This document shows, one piece after another, positions 1-9,734 of a stretch of DNA of 64,000 bases (the first letter of the stretch is position 1; every line of letters starts with the position of its first letter). Under the pieces are notes generated by a model. The model did no database searches and had not been told where the DNA came from. It worked only from the letters and a program-made list of their open reading frames with translations. A program made the translations under genes and the position numbers. This DNA is from a virus. The stretch is from IMG/VR virus record IMGVR_UViG_3300014202_000879, positions 53,889-117,888 of that record; one strand, 5' to 3'.

Positions 1-827
1 CCTACGCCGATAAGATCCGTTCCAACAACATGATCATGGCCAAGGTAGCCGAGCATATCACGGTCAAGAAAAAGAACAGCGACCTGAAGTTCGTGTACAC
101 CGAACTCAAAAGGGTCAGCAACAAGATCACAGAAGAAGAAGTAGAGAAGATGGTTACTGGCGACCGTGTGATTGCTGGTTACTACTGGTACAAACTGGCT
201 GTAGAAGCCAGTGGGCTCAACGATCAATCGGCCACGCTTGTCGCCAACTACGACCGAACTGCTTTTGAGTCTTTGTCGGACGACTTTGCTGCCCGGTTTG
301 GCTATGGTGAGCAACTTGTGACGGGCCTGGAGAAGTTTTACAAAACAGGTTTCCCTTCACCAGAGCGTTCTAAGTTCATGTGGGTGTTTCTACACATCGT
401 GGAAGTCTCTTTCCTGTGTATCGAGCTGACGTGGATCTTTGAGGCACTGGCACTGGGCAGCTTTCCTACGGTGGTCATCGCTGGTTTGTTTATCGCCATG
501 CGTTTCTACATGGACAGCGATTCGGGTGAAGACCGTGTTTACGACAAGCTCAAAGACCGTTACACCCGTGTGCGTCAGCAGATGATCGAGATGCTCAAGG
601 ATACCTCCATGGGTCGTGAAGAGTCTCGTGATTTGGTTAGTTCCATCGAACGGGTGGATGACATTATCAAACAGACCGGTGAATACAAATCCATCTACAA
701 CCTTTTGGCCAAGTTGCTTATCCCAGACAGCCGCAAAGTAGCAAACTATGTGGATGAACAGCGCGCCATTGAGAGCCTGGCTTTCAACGACATGTTCCTG
801 CAAGCCGCCAAGCTGCGCAACATCTAA
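1..827 (+). CDS. 5'-truncated conserved virion protein (phiKZ gp84-like by position)
   Basis: Frame of the 30..827 ORF stays open to the window edge. It has a LAVE motif and a hydrophobic segment, and is the first gene of a block syntenic with phiKZ gp84-gp101 (recalled synteny). Confidence 0.55.
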   Translation, partial: YADKIRSNNMIMAKVAEHITVKKKNSDLKFVYTELKRVSNKITEEEVEKMVTGDRVIAGYYWYKLAVEASGLNDQSATLVANYDRTAFESLSDDFAARFGYGEQLVTGLEKFYKTGFPSPERSKFMWVFLHIVEVSFLCIELTWIFEALALGSFPTVVIAGLFIAMRFYMDSDSGEDRVYDKLKDRYTRVRQQMIEMLKDTSMGREESRDLVSSIERVDDIIKQTGEYKSIYNLLAKLLIPDSRKVANYVDEQRAIESLAFNDMFLQAAKLRNI

Positions 828-864
828 CCTCACTCAACCCTCACTCAACCAGGATACCCAAAAA

Positions 865-1338
865 ATGTTCACCAAACTCCCAGGCTTTGTTTCGTTGCCA
901 GGCAACCTCATTTCGTTTGTCTCCAAGATGAACGCCTCCGCTTTGGCCAAGTCCACAGAGGCTTCGATGGTCATTGGACGTGTGCTGATGGTCAATATGA
1001 CAGCCGTCAACACCGGTGTCAGCGACCCTGATATGTTCTTCCGTGGAACATACGAGCAGCCCATACAGGCTGTGATCGATGCTGTCAACGAATTGGTGGT
1101 CATCGACCGCGAGGAAGCTATGCGCTTTGCACGGCAACTGTACAGTGCACGTCACCGTATCGTGGCCATGACCGCTGTGCATACCCCCATCACCAGCAAC
1201 GGTTACGAAGACTTCTTCAATCTTCGTCTGAGTATTGAGCCCAAATATCTCGAAGTGATGCAAGCCAACGCACCCATCATGGGCGAACTCAGCCGTGGTT
1301 TCTGTGGCTTGATCGATTACGTCAGAGCGACGAACTGA
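865..1338 (+). CDS. Hypothetical/virion protein (gp85-like by position)
   Basis: ATG at 865 after AGGA (RBS-like); in frame with the 748..1338 ORF; operon spacing. Confidence 0.55.
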   Translation: MFTKLPGFVSLPGNLISFVSKMNASALAKSTEASMVIGRVLMVNMTAVNTGVSDPDMFFRGTYEQPIQAVIDAVNELVVIDREEAMRFARQLYSARHRIVAMTAVHTPITSNGYEDFFNLRLSIEPKYLEVMQANAPIMGELSRGFCGLIDYVRATN

Positions 1339-1357
1339 CCGAAGAAAGAAGTCAAAA

Positions 1358-2419
1358 ATGTCTTTCAATGATTTCTTAACCGGCAGCGAAGACGGTGTCG
1401 GTGAATCCGGTACAGTCACCGACACAACACAAGACACAACGCCTACTACCTTTGAGAAGTTTTCTGAGGCCATCACAGTGGCCATGGAACACCTCAATGA
1501 CTTCAAGACCAAAATGCTGACTTTCGTGGATATGAACGACATCCACAGAGAAATGATCTCCAGCGGCAATGTGTGCAAGCACATGGCGGTAGAAGCCAAC
1601 AGTATCTACGCCGACAAACTGCTGTCGGGTCATCTGAGCCCGATGAGCTTTACGATGATGCCCAGCAAAACAAACTTCGCCACTTTGGCAGCGCGGATGA
1701 GCGGGAGCTTGGCCGCAGAGAGTGCTGCGCTCATGGAGCAATCTGACATGCTCTTTACCAAGATTCTGATCGATGCTCGCTCCGTGCTGGAAACAGCCAA
1801 CGAGGACTATTACCCTCAACTCAAGAAGACCTTTGACAGCTTTCTTGCCGAATGTCCAGCGTCTTCTTGGGCAAACTTTCGTACCATTCCCAACTTCAAA
1901 AACAACATGGCCATCATCGGTCCTCTGCGGTTCACGGAGCTGTCGCTGTACCAACTGAGCAAACATGGTGGTGCTGGAAGGTGCCACTTAAAGCGGTATG
2001 GTGATTTCGTCAAGACCCTTGGGTGGAAACACGTTCGTATCTTGCTGTGGATGGCCACACACGGCTACACGTTCAAGGATCTGGAGAAGAAGGAAAACTA
2101 CGCAGAGGCCATCAATTTTGAGCCCACCATCGGTGAGTTCTGTGACTGCATAGCCTCTGGCGGAATGGTCACTTTGATCTCCAAGACACTCCCAGACCGT
2201 GCTTTTGAAATACTGACTGTGTTTGACAACACCGGTCTGATTCGTGTTACCCCAGACAAAACAGAAGATGTCCAGTCTGAGGTCATCACGCGAACCACAG
2301 GGTCTATCCATACAGCCTTGCACCAGGCCAAAGAAGTCCTGGCCATGGTCTACTACACCAACATGTTGCTGTCGATGTCTCGTGAGTTCTACCAGATCAT
2401 GAAAGAATACGACGTGTAA
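1358..2419 (+). CDS. Virion structural protein (gp86-like)
   Basis: 353-aa ORF. The HREMISSGNVCKHMAVEA...SFTMMPSKTN segment resembles phiKZ-family head proteins; it carries A-x-E protease motifs. Confidence 0.55.
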   Translation: MSFNDFLTGSEDGVGESGTVTDTTQDTTPTTFEKFSEAITVAMEHLNDFKTKMLTFVDMNDIHREMISSGNVCKHMAVEANSIYADKLLSGHLSPMSFTMMPSKTNFATLAARMSGSLAAESAALMEQSDMLFTKILIDARSVLETANEDYYPQLKKTFDSFLAECPASSWANFRTIPNFKNNMAIIGPLRFTELSLYQLSKHGGAGRCHLKRYGDFVKTLGWKHVRILLWMATHGYTFKDLEKKENYAEAINFEPTIGEFCDCIASGGMVTLISKTLPDRAFEILTVFDNTGLIRVTPDKTEDVQSEVITRTTGSIHTALHQAKEVLAMVYYTNMLLSMSREFYQIMKEYDV

Positions 2420-2425
2420 CACCTG

Positions 2426-2460
2426 CACCCAGTCACTGCCCTAAAAGCAGTGGCTGGGTG
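2426..2460. terminator. Stem-loop between convergent genes
   Basis: CACCCAGTCACTGC / GCAGTGGCTGGGTG, 14-bp stem with one G-U pair. Confidence 0.7.
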
Positions 2461-2465
2461 TGGCA

Positions 2466-5400
2466 TCAGCTTAGTAGCCGATCAGCATTGTAGAAGACGA
2501 CATCGATGTCTTCCGTAACAGTGAGTGAGCCATCTGGTAACCGTACCAGCTTCTTCTTCAAACACAGACGGTTGTAACCTTGTTTGAGGTACAGCACCTG
2601 GTAGTCTTTGTCCATACCACCAATGCCTGAGAACTTGATACCTCGTACGCTTTGTCCATAGACTTTCTTGAGTGCCTCGGTGATATCGGACACAGAGATA
2701 GACGTGGCGCCGATGTAGGCATCCACCACGATGGCCGTTCGGTTGACCAGCTCTTGGCGTGCTTTTGTGTCGTTGTAGATACCACTGTTGACGTAGAGTT
2801 CGATCTTGAGAGACTGCTCTGCGTAAATGGTGTCTTCTTTGTTGTCGTTGAGGTAGACTTTGACCTTGGACAACGATGTTTTCGGATAGAAGTAGATGTT
2901 GGTTTCTTCGATCAGAACGTCCTGCAGTCTCTGCACGCTGTCCATGATCCACTCTGTCAGTGTGTTGGTGATCTCCTGGCGGTACAGGACCATAACTGCC
3001 GTGTTGGCATAATGGTATTTTGCATCCACAAAAAGGATGTCCACATACCTGGTCAGATCAAACACCGACTTGAGAACAGGCAAGCCCTGGGTGTCGTAAA
3101 TGATGTCACCAGCTCGGTGCTTGTAGACGATTTCACCATCGTTCATCACCACGTCGCCCACGGCGTTGATGATTGGGTTAAAAACGACGTTCTTCACGCC
3201 ACCAGTATCCACAATGGTGAACGACAAGCCATCTGTACCCAGCTCGTATTCGTTCTTGTCGTGCAGAAGAGGAACATCGGTGGTGTACCGCTCATACATG
3301 TCGTTGCTTCTGAAACTCCTGCTGCGTGTCCACAGATTCTTCAAGTATTTGCCCATGGTGAAGCTGATCTCCTCCATGGTCACAGGCACCAGTGTGGACT
3401 GGTCGGGCAAGTATTCTTTGCCATGATCATCCAAGATGTTCACCACCCAGTAAGACTGATTTTGTCTCACCAAATGGAATACCCGCATCTTGGCATCGAT
3501 GGGGACGTAGACTTCCTGTGTGTTGCCGTTGTTGTCCAACATGGCATTCTTGATGCAGATGTTGTTTTGTGTATCCACGTCGTAGCTGGTCTGGAACTCA
3601 CAACTGTACTGTGCTTCACCGGAACTCAGGACAGCATCGAACGTCCCTCGAAAGAACATCCACTCGCCTGCAATTTCTGAGTAGAGAGCAAAATGCACAC
3701 CCACACTGAAGGGCTGACCATCACCACCATAGACGACTTCTTCTGTATCTGGATCGATCTGTGCATCGTCTTCCAAGATGCCTTTGTAAGCCGATGTAGA
3801 CACTGTGGTGATCGTCACCTTAAAACCATTGCTGGTCTTGTTGATGACGATGGAATCTGTATTGACGGCGGTTCCGTTGGTGGGGTTGGTTGCTTCGATG
3901 CTGAGCAGCCCCAATGAGGGATTGTCCAGATCGTAAGCCCTGACCTCAAACTCAACACCCGACGCATCAAACACATAGTAGAAAGGATTGAAGAGGTAGT
4001 TGCCTGTGTTCAAATGGGCAATGCGGTTGACTTCGTTCACCTGGTTGCCCATCTTGGGGTCTGTGGTGGGGTTATCCAACAGACGAATAACACCGTTGGT
4101 ATCCAGGAAAATCCTGTTGGACATCAACGTGCTTCTCTGACCCGTGGTTCTGAAGTTGTAAGCCGATGCGGTGTTGTCGAAAGACACCGACGCAATGCCC
4201 AGATTGGCTGCTGTGAGCACAGGTGTGTTCCTCGGCGCAGATTTCTGGATCTTGGGTGTGGTGAGCTTCTTGACCGCCATAAAGATGCGGTTGGTGACCA
4301 TGTCCACATCCGAAATGATCTCAAAGCCCTCGCGAACGATGGCGCTGTTGGTGACTTGGACATTGGTGATGGGGATATTGCGGTCACCCAACGTCTGGTA
4401 GATGGTCGAGTACCGCAGCTCATCAAACGTCATGCCGTTGCTACCACCCGACATCCTGTCGGTGCTCATGACCATGATGCTGGCTTTCAGAGCAGCTTTG
4501 TAGGCGTTCTCTGAAACAGAACCAGTGCCCGTCAAGGTATCGTACCCATCCCTGATCTGAAGGATGAAGTCGGCGACAGGGTACGACGCCATGTTAACAT
4601 CCACTGCACCCAGAGTGGTAAACATATGCAACTGAATATCACCTGTGATACCCACCATGGTGCTGTAGACCATCGGCATGGTCACCTCTATACCACCCTG
4701 CACAATCTTCACCAGCAGCGTAGGAACAAAGGGGTCGTAGATATCGCCTGTGTAAGTAACCTTGAACTCAGTCCAAGCACCGTTGAGTTTGTAGAACCCA
4801 CGCAGCGCATGAAACCTCTCGGTGGTCTGGATGGTCTTCTTGAAGACAGACGAGGGGTGTATCACCTCGGTGGCGATGGTTTGTCTGAGTTGCATGAGAG
4901 GCACTTTGAAGTACACCCATGCAACACCTTCCTTGTCGGTGCGAATCTCTTTGTCGAGCACGTAAGTACGCAGACTCTGCAAAGGACTGATGGAAGAGGC
5001 ATCCATCAAGATGTTGAGCTCGCTGTTGTCGATGATACGGATGATCACAGAGTACTCGAACGAGAACATCATGTTGTCTAGTGCGACACTGGAACCTTTG
5101 GGTATGAGCAGATCCTTGTGTTCATACTGCACAGCGTTGCCGTTGCCATCTGTCGTGTTGACGTAGTAAGTATAGGCCCTTTTCTCGATATCGGAGAGCT
5201 TGATCACCACGTAGAAGTCACACTGAGCAGGGTTGCTGAAGATACCTGCATAGTCTTTGTCAGACAGGTGCGGATACAGATCACTGTACTCGGTAGCTGC
5301 TTGGCGGTAAAGTCGGCGAAACCCCAGTGTGTGTTCGTCCACAGCCACCGATGTGTTCACGCAAGACATCTCCACCAAGCTCATGAAGGGCGTCGATGGA

Positions 5401-5561
5401 TCGACGATCTCGATCTTGTTTTGGGTAAGCTCCGTAATGTGTTCCAGGTGGGCACGCATGACCAACGAAGGGTCATGGATGACTTCCTTCAAGGTGGCTT
5501 TCAGCCTGGACAAAGGTACGGATACCGAAGGTAGAATTTCTGCCATTTCTTGGTCTTTCAA
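2466..5561 (-). CDS. Large virion structural protein, probable baseplate component (gp87-like)
   Basis: 1031-aa ORF; IVDPSTPF...LYPHLSDKDY N-terminal motif typical of this chimallivirus family; minus-strand pair as in phiKZ gp87/gp88. Confidence 0.65.
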   Translation of the reverse strand: MKDQEMAEILPSVSVPLSRLKATLKEVIHDPSLVMRAHLEHITELTQNKIEIVDPSTPFMSLVEMSCVNTSVAVDEHTLGFRRLYRQAATEYSDLYPHLSDKDYAGIFSNPAQCDFYVVIKLSDIEKRAYTYYVNTTDGNGNAVQYEHKDLLIPKGSSVALDNMMFSFEYSVIIRIIDNSELNILMDASSISPLQSLRTYVLDKEIRTDKEGVAWVYFKVPLMQLRQTIATEVIHPSSVFKKTIQTTERFHALRGFYKLNGAWTEFKVTYTGDIYDPFVPTLLVKIVQGGIEVTMPMVYSTMVGITGDIQLHMFTTLGAVDVNMASYPVADFILQIRDGYDTLTGTGSVSENAYKAALKASIMVMSTDRMSGGSNGMTFDELRYSTIYQTLGDRNIPITNVQVTNSAIVREGFEIISDVDMVTNRIFMAVKKLTTPKIQKSAPRNTPVLTAANLGIASVSFDNTASAYNFRTTGQRSTLMSNRIFLDTNGVIRLLDNPTTDPKMGNQVNEVNRIAHLNTGNYLFNPFYYVFDASGVEFEVRAYDLDNPSLGLLSIEATNPTNGTAVNTDSIVINKTSNGFKVTITTVSTSAYKGILEDDAQIDPDTEEVVYGGDGQPFSVGVHFALYSEIAGEWMFFRGTFDAVLSSGEAQYSCEFQTSYDVDTQNNICIKNAMLDNNGNTQEVYVPIDAKMRVFHLVRQNQSYWVVNILDDHGKEYLPDQSTLVPVTMEEISFTMGKYLKNLWTRSRSFRSNDMYERYTTDVPLLHDKNEYELGTDGLSFTIVDTGGVKNVVFNPIINAVGDVVMNDGEIVYKHRAGDIIYDTQGLPVLKSVFDLTRYVDILFVDAKYHYANTAVMVLYRQEITNTLTEWIMDSVQRLQDVLIEETNIYFYPKTSLSKVKVYLNDNKEDTIYAEQSLKIELYVNSGIYNDTKARQELVNRTAIVVDAYIGATSISVSDITEALKKVYGQSVRGIKFSGIGGMDKDYQVLYLKQGYNRLCLKKKLVRLPDGSLTVTEDIDVVFYNADRLLS

Positions 5562-6793
5562 TAAGTGGAATATGAACCGTTTTCTCGAACTTTGCTCACG
5601 ATGTATTCGAACACCTCTATCCTAACCCACCATTCCAGCTCGGAATTGTCCAAATTGATCAGTGGGTAAGCGTAGCCCGAAACCATGGAAGCTGTATCGC
5701 CATCTACTTTGACATAGTGTTGGTCCCTGACTTCAGGCAACAAGTCCTCGTTGAAAGCGTACGTTGTTTCGTTGAACTCCCACATCAGAACAGGATCGAA
5801 ACACTCTATGCCGGAGCATTTGAAGTTGAACGTCAGTTCATTGACTTGGTCGTTGAAAGGAAACTCTTTGTTGTAGTCGAAGAAGGCACCTTGAGGCGCG
5901 GTTTCTGGCAGAGCTGGCAGGGTTGCTGCGATACCTGTGATCCTTCGGTTAGAGTCATCCGTGACGATACGCCATATCCGGGTGTTGCTGTCTATCCAGT
6001 TGTCGCCAATGGCATCGATATAGGGCATTATTTTATCCTCAAATACCTTGGAGCCATATATTTGCCAGATGCGCATCAGCATGAGGATCATGTTGTTGGC
6101 GATGTTGCGAAATGTGCACGAAATGGTAATGGGTTCCAAAGAACTCGACATGCCATCGTACTGGATATAAGAGTTCCTGTACAGAAATGGCTTAGATACA
6201 TGCATGTCTGTGCTCATGTCTGGAAACCCAGACACATTGATGCAGGCATTAGACAACACGTTGATGAACGGAGAATGTTTATCGACAAACATGGCCTCGA
6301 TGGGATTGGGGTCGTACGCCAGTTTCCTCAACAGCAAGGCATCCAAGGATTTGTCTGACGACAACACAATACCGTACTGCAGTCTTGGGTCCAGCAGACA
6401 CCGGACTTGTCTGGACATAGAGTACATGTCGCCGCCCAGCATGTCGTAGAACAGTCGGTCGTGGGAGATATTGGACTCTTGCAAATTCAGAATAGGTCTT
6501 GTGAAGAACACATAGCCTATCCGGTTTTTGGTCAGAGGTATATAGGACATGCTTTGGTTGATATTCACACCCAGCATGGCCTGCATGATTCCTTTGTCCA
6601 CCGACCCAATGCTTGTGTTTTCAAACAGAGCACGGGGGTCTGTAGCCAGGTTACCTACCCTGAGTTTGGTAGGATCTGTAATCAGTGTTGCTGTAGGCTC
6701 AGGAGATGTTGTGGACGCCGGTAGACCGGTTGGTATCCCATCGCCAACACTGCGCTTTGTAGGGTCAAAAACAGGGTCAAATACGCCAGGCAT
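5558..6793 (-). CDS. Virion structural protein (gp88-like)
   Basis: 411-aa ORF; GYVFFTRPILNL and RCLLDP motifs; 4-nt overlap with the downstream gene. Confidence 0.65.
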   Translation of the reverse strand: MPGVFDPVFDPTKRSVGDGIPTGLPASTTSPEPTATLITDPTKLRVGNLATDPRALFENTSIGSVDKGIMQAMLGVNINQSMSYIPLTKNRIGYVFFTRPILNLQESNISHDRLFYDMLGGDMYSMSRQVRCLLDPRLQYGIVLSSDKSLDALLLRKLAYDPNPIEAMFVDKHSPFINVLSNACINVSGFPDMSTDMHVSKPFLYRNSYIQYDGMSSSLEPITISCTFRNIANNMILMLMRIWQIYGSKVFEDKIMPYIDAIGDNWIDSNTRIWRIVTDDSNRRITGIAATLPALPETAPQGAFFDYNKEFPFNDQVNELTFNFKCSGIECFDPVLMWEFNETTYAFNEDLLPEVRDQHYVKVDGDTASMVSGYAYPLINLDNSELEWWVRIEVFEYIVSKVRENGSYSTY

Positions 6794-6857
6794 ATGTTCT
6801 CTCTTTCAGTTTCGATTAGTTAGTTTCCTCACCCACCACTTCACCCAGGACAAAACC

Positions 6858-8027
6858 ATGAGCATCCTCGCAGTAGATACAGCACTTCAGTTGGTCGCAC
6901 GCTTTTTGAACAACGTCAAAAGCCTCACCAACTATTACTCAGACACATCGCTTGCCGATGTAAGCAAGCTGACCAACGTTCAGCCGCTGTGTGTTTTCTC
7001 ACGCGACTGTTCTGGTCTGGAATACGCCAACGACATCTCGCAGTCGTTGCTCAATTTGTTTTGCAGCTACTACCTCCAGGCCATCAACATACTCACACGG
7101 GTGGACAGCGCTGAGATTGTTCGTGTCTTGGACCGTCTGAACCCAGACCGCGATGAAACAGGTTTCTTGTTGACCGACTCCTTGGCCACCGAATCGGTGA
7201 GTCGCCTTCGGCTGGCCACAGAAGATTTCCGTATGGGTCTGCCCACTCGTCGCATGCATGATCGCTTGGCTCTGGAGACCACCGCGCGCAATTTCCACGA
7301 TGAGAACTACCACGACACCAAGAACGCCAACGAGCGTGTGCTCCAAGAAGCTGCCAACCTGTCGGTGGGCAAGTTGCTCAGGATCAACATGGCTTACAAC
7401 AGCGACCCTATGACGGGCGACATCCTCAACCCAGCCACCAAGGACAAACGTCTGACGCTGGACATCAACGTTCGACTGTTGGCTTCGTTCTTGCCCAACG
7501 AAAGCATCAACCAGATCTTGGTCTCCAAGAAAGAAGACATGACCCTGAGCGACCGCTGGATGGGTTACAGATCTGGTCGCCTTGAGTTCATCAAGGACCT
7601 GATCTTCTGCCAAGACGTGATCGACGAATACAAACGCGCTATGGCGCTCGACAACACGGGCACCATGCAAGAGATCGTTCGACGCGTGAACAACGCCAAG
7701 AAGTTTGGCCTGCTCACCAAAAACCCCTCGTTGGTGGCTGCATCCAGTTTGTTCGTCATCTCCGAAGAAGTGGCACGCAACATGGAGTCCGAGCTCGGCG
7801 GCAAGCTGAACAACCCATCGGTGCGCAAAAAAGCATTCGACAGCACCTACGCCATGATCATCGCTGTGGTCAACCGCGACTACCAAACGGTGACGTTCTA
7901 CGTGCGCAACATCAACCAGCCCACCGAAGTGCGCGTCTCGTCCTTGAAACAATCCAACCGCAACAGCGGACCCGACATCATGGAAGTGATGAAGTCGTTC
8001 AACATGGGCATGCCCGCCACCTTCTGA
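6858..8027 (+). CDS. Internal head protein (gp89-like)
   Basis: ATG 6858 after AGGA; NLSVGKLL and FIKDLIFCQD motifs; cluster of LATE/LATE/LALE prohead-protease-type sites. Confidence 0.7.
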   Translation: MSILAVDTALQLVARFLNNVKSLTNYYSDTSLADVSKLTNVQPLCVFSRDCSGLEYANDISQSLLNLFCSYYLQAINILTRVDSAEIVRVLDRLNPDRDETGFLLTDSLATESVSRLRLATEDFRMGLPTRRMHDRLALETTARNFHDENYHDTKNANERVLQEAANLSVGKLLRINMAYNSDPMTGDILNPATKDKRLTLDINVRLLASFLPNESINQILVSKKEDMTLSDRWMGYRSGRLEFIKDLIFCQDVIDEYKRAMALDNTGTMQEIVRRVNNAKKFGLLTKNPSLVAASSLFVISEEVARNMESELGGKLNNPSVRKKAFDSTYAMIIAVVNRDYQTVTFYVRNINQPTEVRVSSLKQSNRNSGPDIMEVMKSFNMGMPATF

Positions 8028-8081
8028 GCCATTTAATCGGCTTACCCCACCAATCAGTAACCTTATATAGAAAGACCACCC

Positions 8082-9017
8082 ATGTCAAACCCAACCATCA
8101 AGGCTTTCACGAAGCTGCTGATGCCGAGCCTACAACGGGCCGAGGTTCTGGACGATCTTCGTCAGACCATCAGTTTGCTGGACAAGAAAGTCATTCCGCC
8201 TTTCAAGAACGCTTCGGACTTCTTCCGTGTGAACCGCATCATTTCACCCGAAGCCAAAGACATTCAGGACAACCTCTACCGTGGCTTCAAGCCTCGTCCG
8301 AAATCCAATACGTTCATCAGCGACGTTCATCATGCGTTGCTGAACATGTCTGAGAACTTGAAGTACATTCTGGAAGAGTCGCCCAAGATCCTGGAGCCCG
8401 ATATCATTCCAGAAGGTCTGACGTTCAAACGGGCTCTGTACATCCGTGCCATCGACTACTGTACCTTTGCGGTGCGTTATGCCGGCGATTTGTTGTCCTA
8501 TGTGTACTTCTTTGAAATGCACGCTGAGATGAAGGCCGATACCCACGAGGGCACCGAGCTCTCGCCAGCCATGCTTCAGCGGGTAGACAGGGGCATCTTC
8601 GATTTTTCCATCATCCTCGAGAAGTATGGCATCGACCCCGACAAGTTCAAGACCATGTTCACCAAGATCAAGGATGTGAACTTGTCGGACGATGACAGTG
8701 TGTTGGAGTACTACCTGCAGCAAAACGGCGGCGATCCGCTCAACGTCCCTTTGACCAGCAGGTTCATCTCGAACCCGATCTACCATATCCGTATGATGGG
8801 GGCTGACTGGCAAAACAGCCGATACAAACGCCAAGAAGCCCAGTTTCGCAGCCTGAGCATCCGGCTGCTGCACCTGAAACTGCTCAAGGAAAAATCTGGC
8901 TCCAACGCCAAACTGGAGCGAGAAATCAAGTACTACGAAGACGAGGTGGTCTCCTTGGACAAAACCATGTCCGAGTACGAAGAAGACCTGGGCATCATTC
9001 GCGAACGGAGCGTATGA
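8082..9017 (+). CDS. Internal head protein (gp90-like)
   Basis: 311-aa ORF; NPIYHIRM motif and C-terminal coiled coil (LEREIKYY); synteny. Confidence 0.65.
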   Translation: MSNPTIKAFTKLLMPSLQRAEVLDDLRQTISLLDKKVIPPFKNASDFFRVNRIISPEAKDIQDNLYRGFKPRPKSNTFISDVHHALLNMSENLKYILEESPKILEPDIIPEGLTFKRALYIRAIDYCTFAVRYAGDLLSYVYFFEMHAEMKADTHEGTELSPAMLQRVDRGIFDFSIILEKYGIDPDKFKTMFTKIKDVNLSDDDSVLEYYLQQNGGDPLNVPLTSRFISNPIYHIRMMGADWQNSRYKRQEAQFRSLSIRLLHLKLLKEKSGSNAKLEREIKYYEDEVVSLDKTMSEYEEDLGIIRERSV

Positions 9018-9673
9018 TGAAACAAGGCAATTACATCACCTTGCAGTCGGGTTATGTGTCCCTGCCACAGAGTGACTTCTACCGGTACGTGGCACCCGAG
9101 ACTTCCTTCAAACAGCAAGTTCTTGGCCAGACGATGACTGGTTTGATCCCAGAAGGTTACTACTCCAAGACCATTACCGCTTTGGTCGACGAGTACGAGA
9201 AAGATCGCCAGATCCTCAACACCTTCAAGTTTCGTGAACGTGTCTTGGTGGCAGCTATTGCTTTGTTTGCCAACACAACGGTGCCCGAGTGGCTTAAAGC
9301 GCAACGCGATACCGACTACTTCAGCAATCTGCACAAGACATTTGCTGTGGAGACCCTGAACTTCATCGTGGGTATCCCGCGTGCCATCGAGTGTGTACAG
9401 TGGATGAGCCTCTTGGATGCTGGCAAATCCAACATGAAGACCTACTTCGACTACACCGAGTATTTCAACCACAGTCACAAACCCATGCCGATCCCCAGCC
9501 ACACGTTGGATCTGATTCGGCTGTGGGTCTCTCGTGATCAAGGGTACGAGGACCTGTTGCTCTCGCTGTGGTGTTTCTTTGGAAAACGCACCATCCAGCA
9601 CGATGTTCACATCCCCAACAAGAATTCCCATGAAGCTGTTTCTTTTGGGGCGGCGTTTGGTGGCAACGGCTAA
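9014..9673 (+). CDS. Conserved hypothetical protein (gp91-like)
   Basis: 219-aa ORF with ATGA overlap to the upstream gene; synteny. Confidence 0.6.
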   Translation: MMKQGNYITLQSGYVSLPQSDFYRYVAPETSFKQQVLGQTMTGLIPEGYYSKTITALVDEYEKDRQILNTFKFRERVLVAAIALFANTTVPEWLKAQRDTDYFSNLHKTFAVETLNFIVGIPRAIECVQWMSLLDAGKSNMKTYFDYTEYFNHSHKPMPIPSHTLDLIRLWVSRDQGYEDLLLSLWCFFGKRTIQHDVHIPNKNSHEAVSFGAAFGGNG

Positions 9674-9680
9674 TGGCCTA

Positions 9681-9714
9681 CCCAGTAGCTGACTCTCCAT
9701 GGTCAGCTACTGGG
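9681..9714. other. Intergenic perfect 13-bp stem-loop without U-tract
   Basis: CCCAGTAGCTGAC / GTCAGCTACTGGG. Confidence 0.7.
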
Positions 9715-9734
9715 GCCTACATTTGGAGAAAATC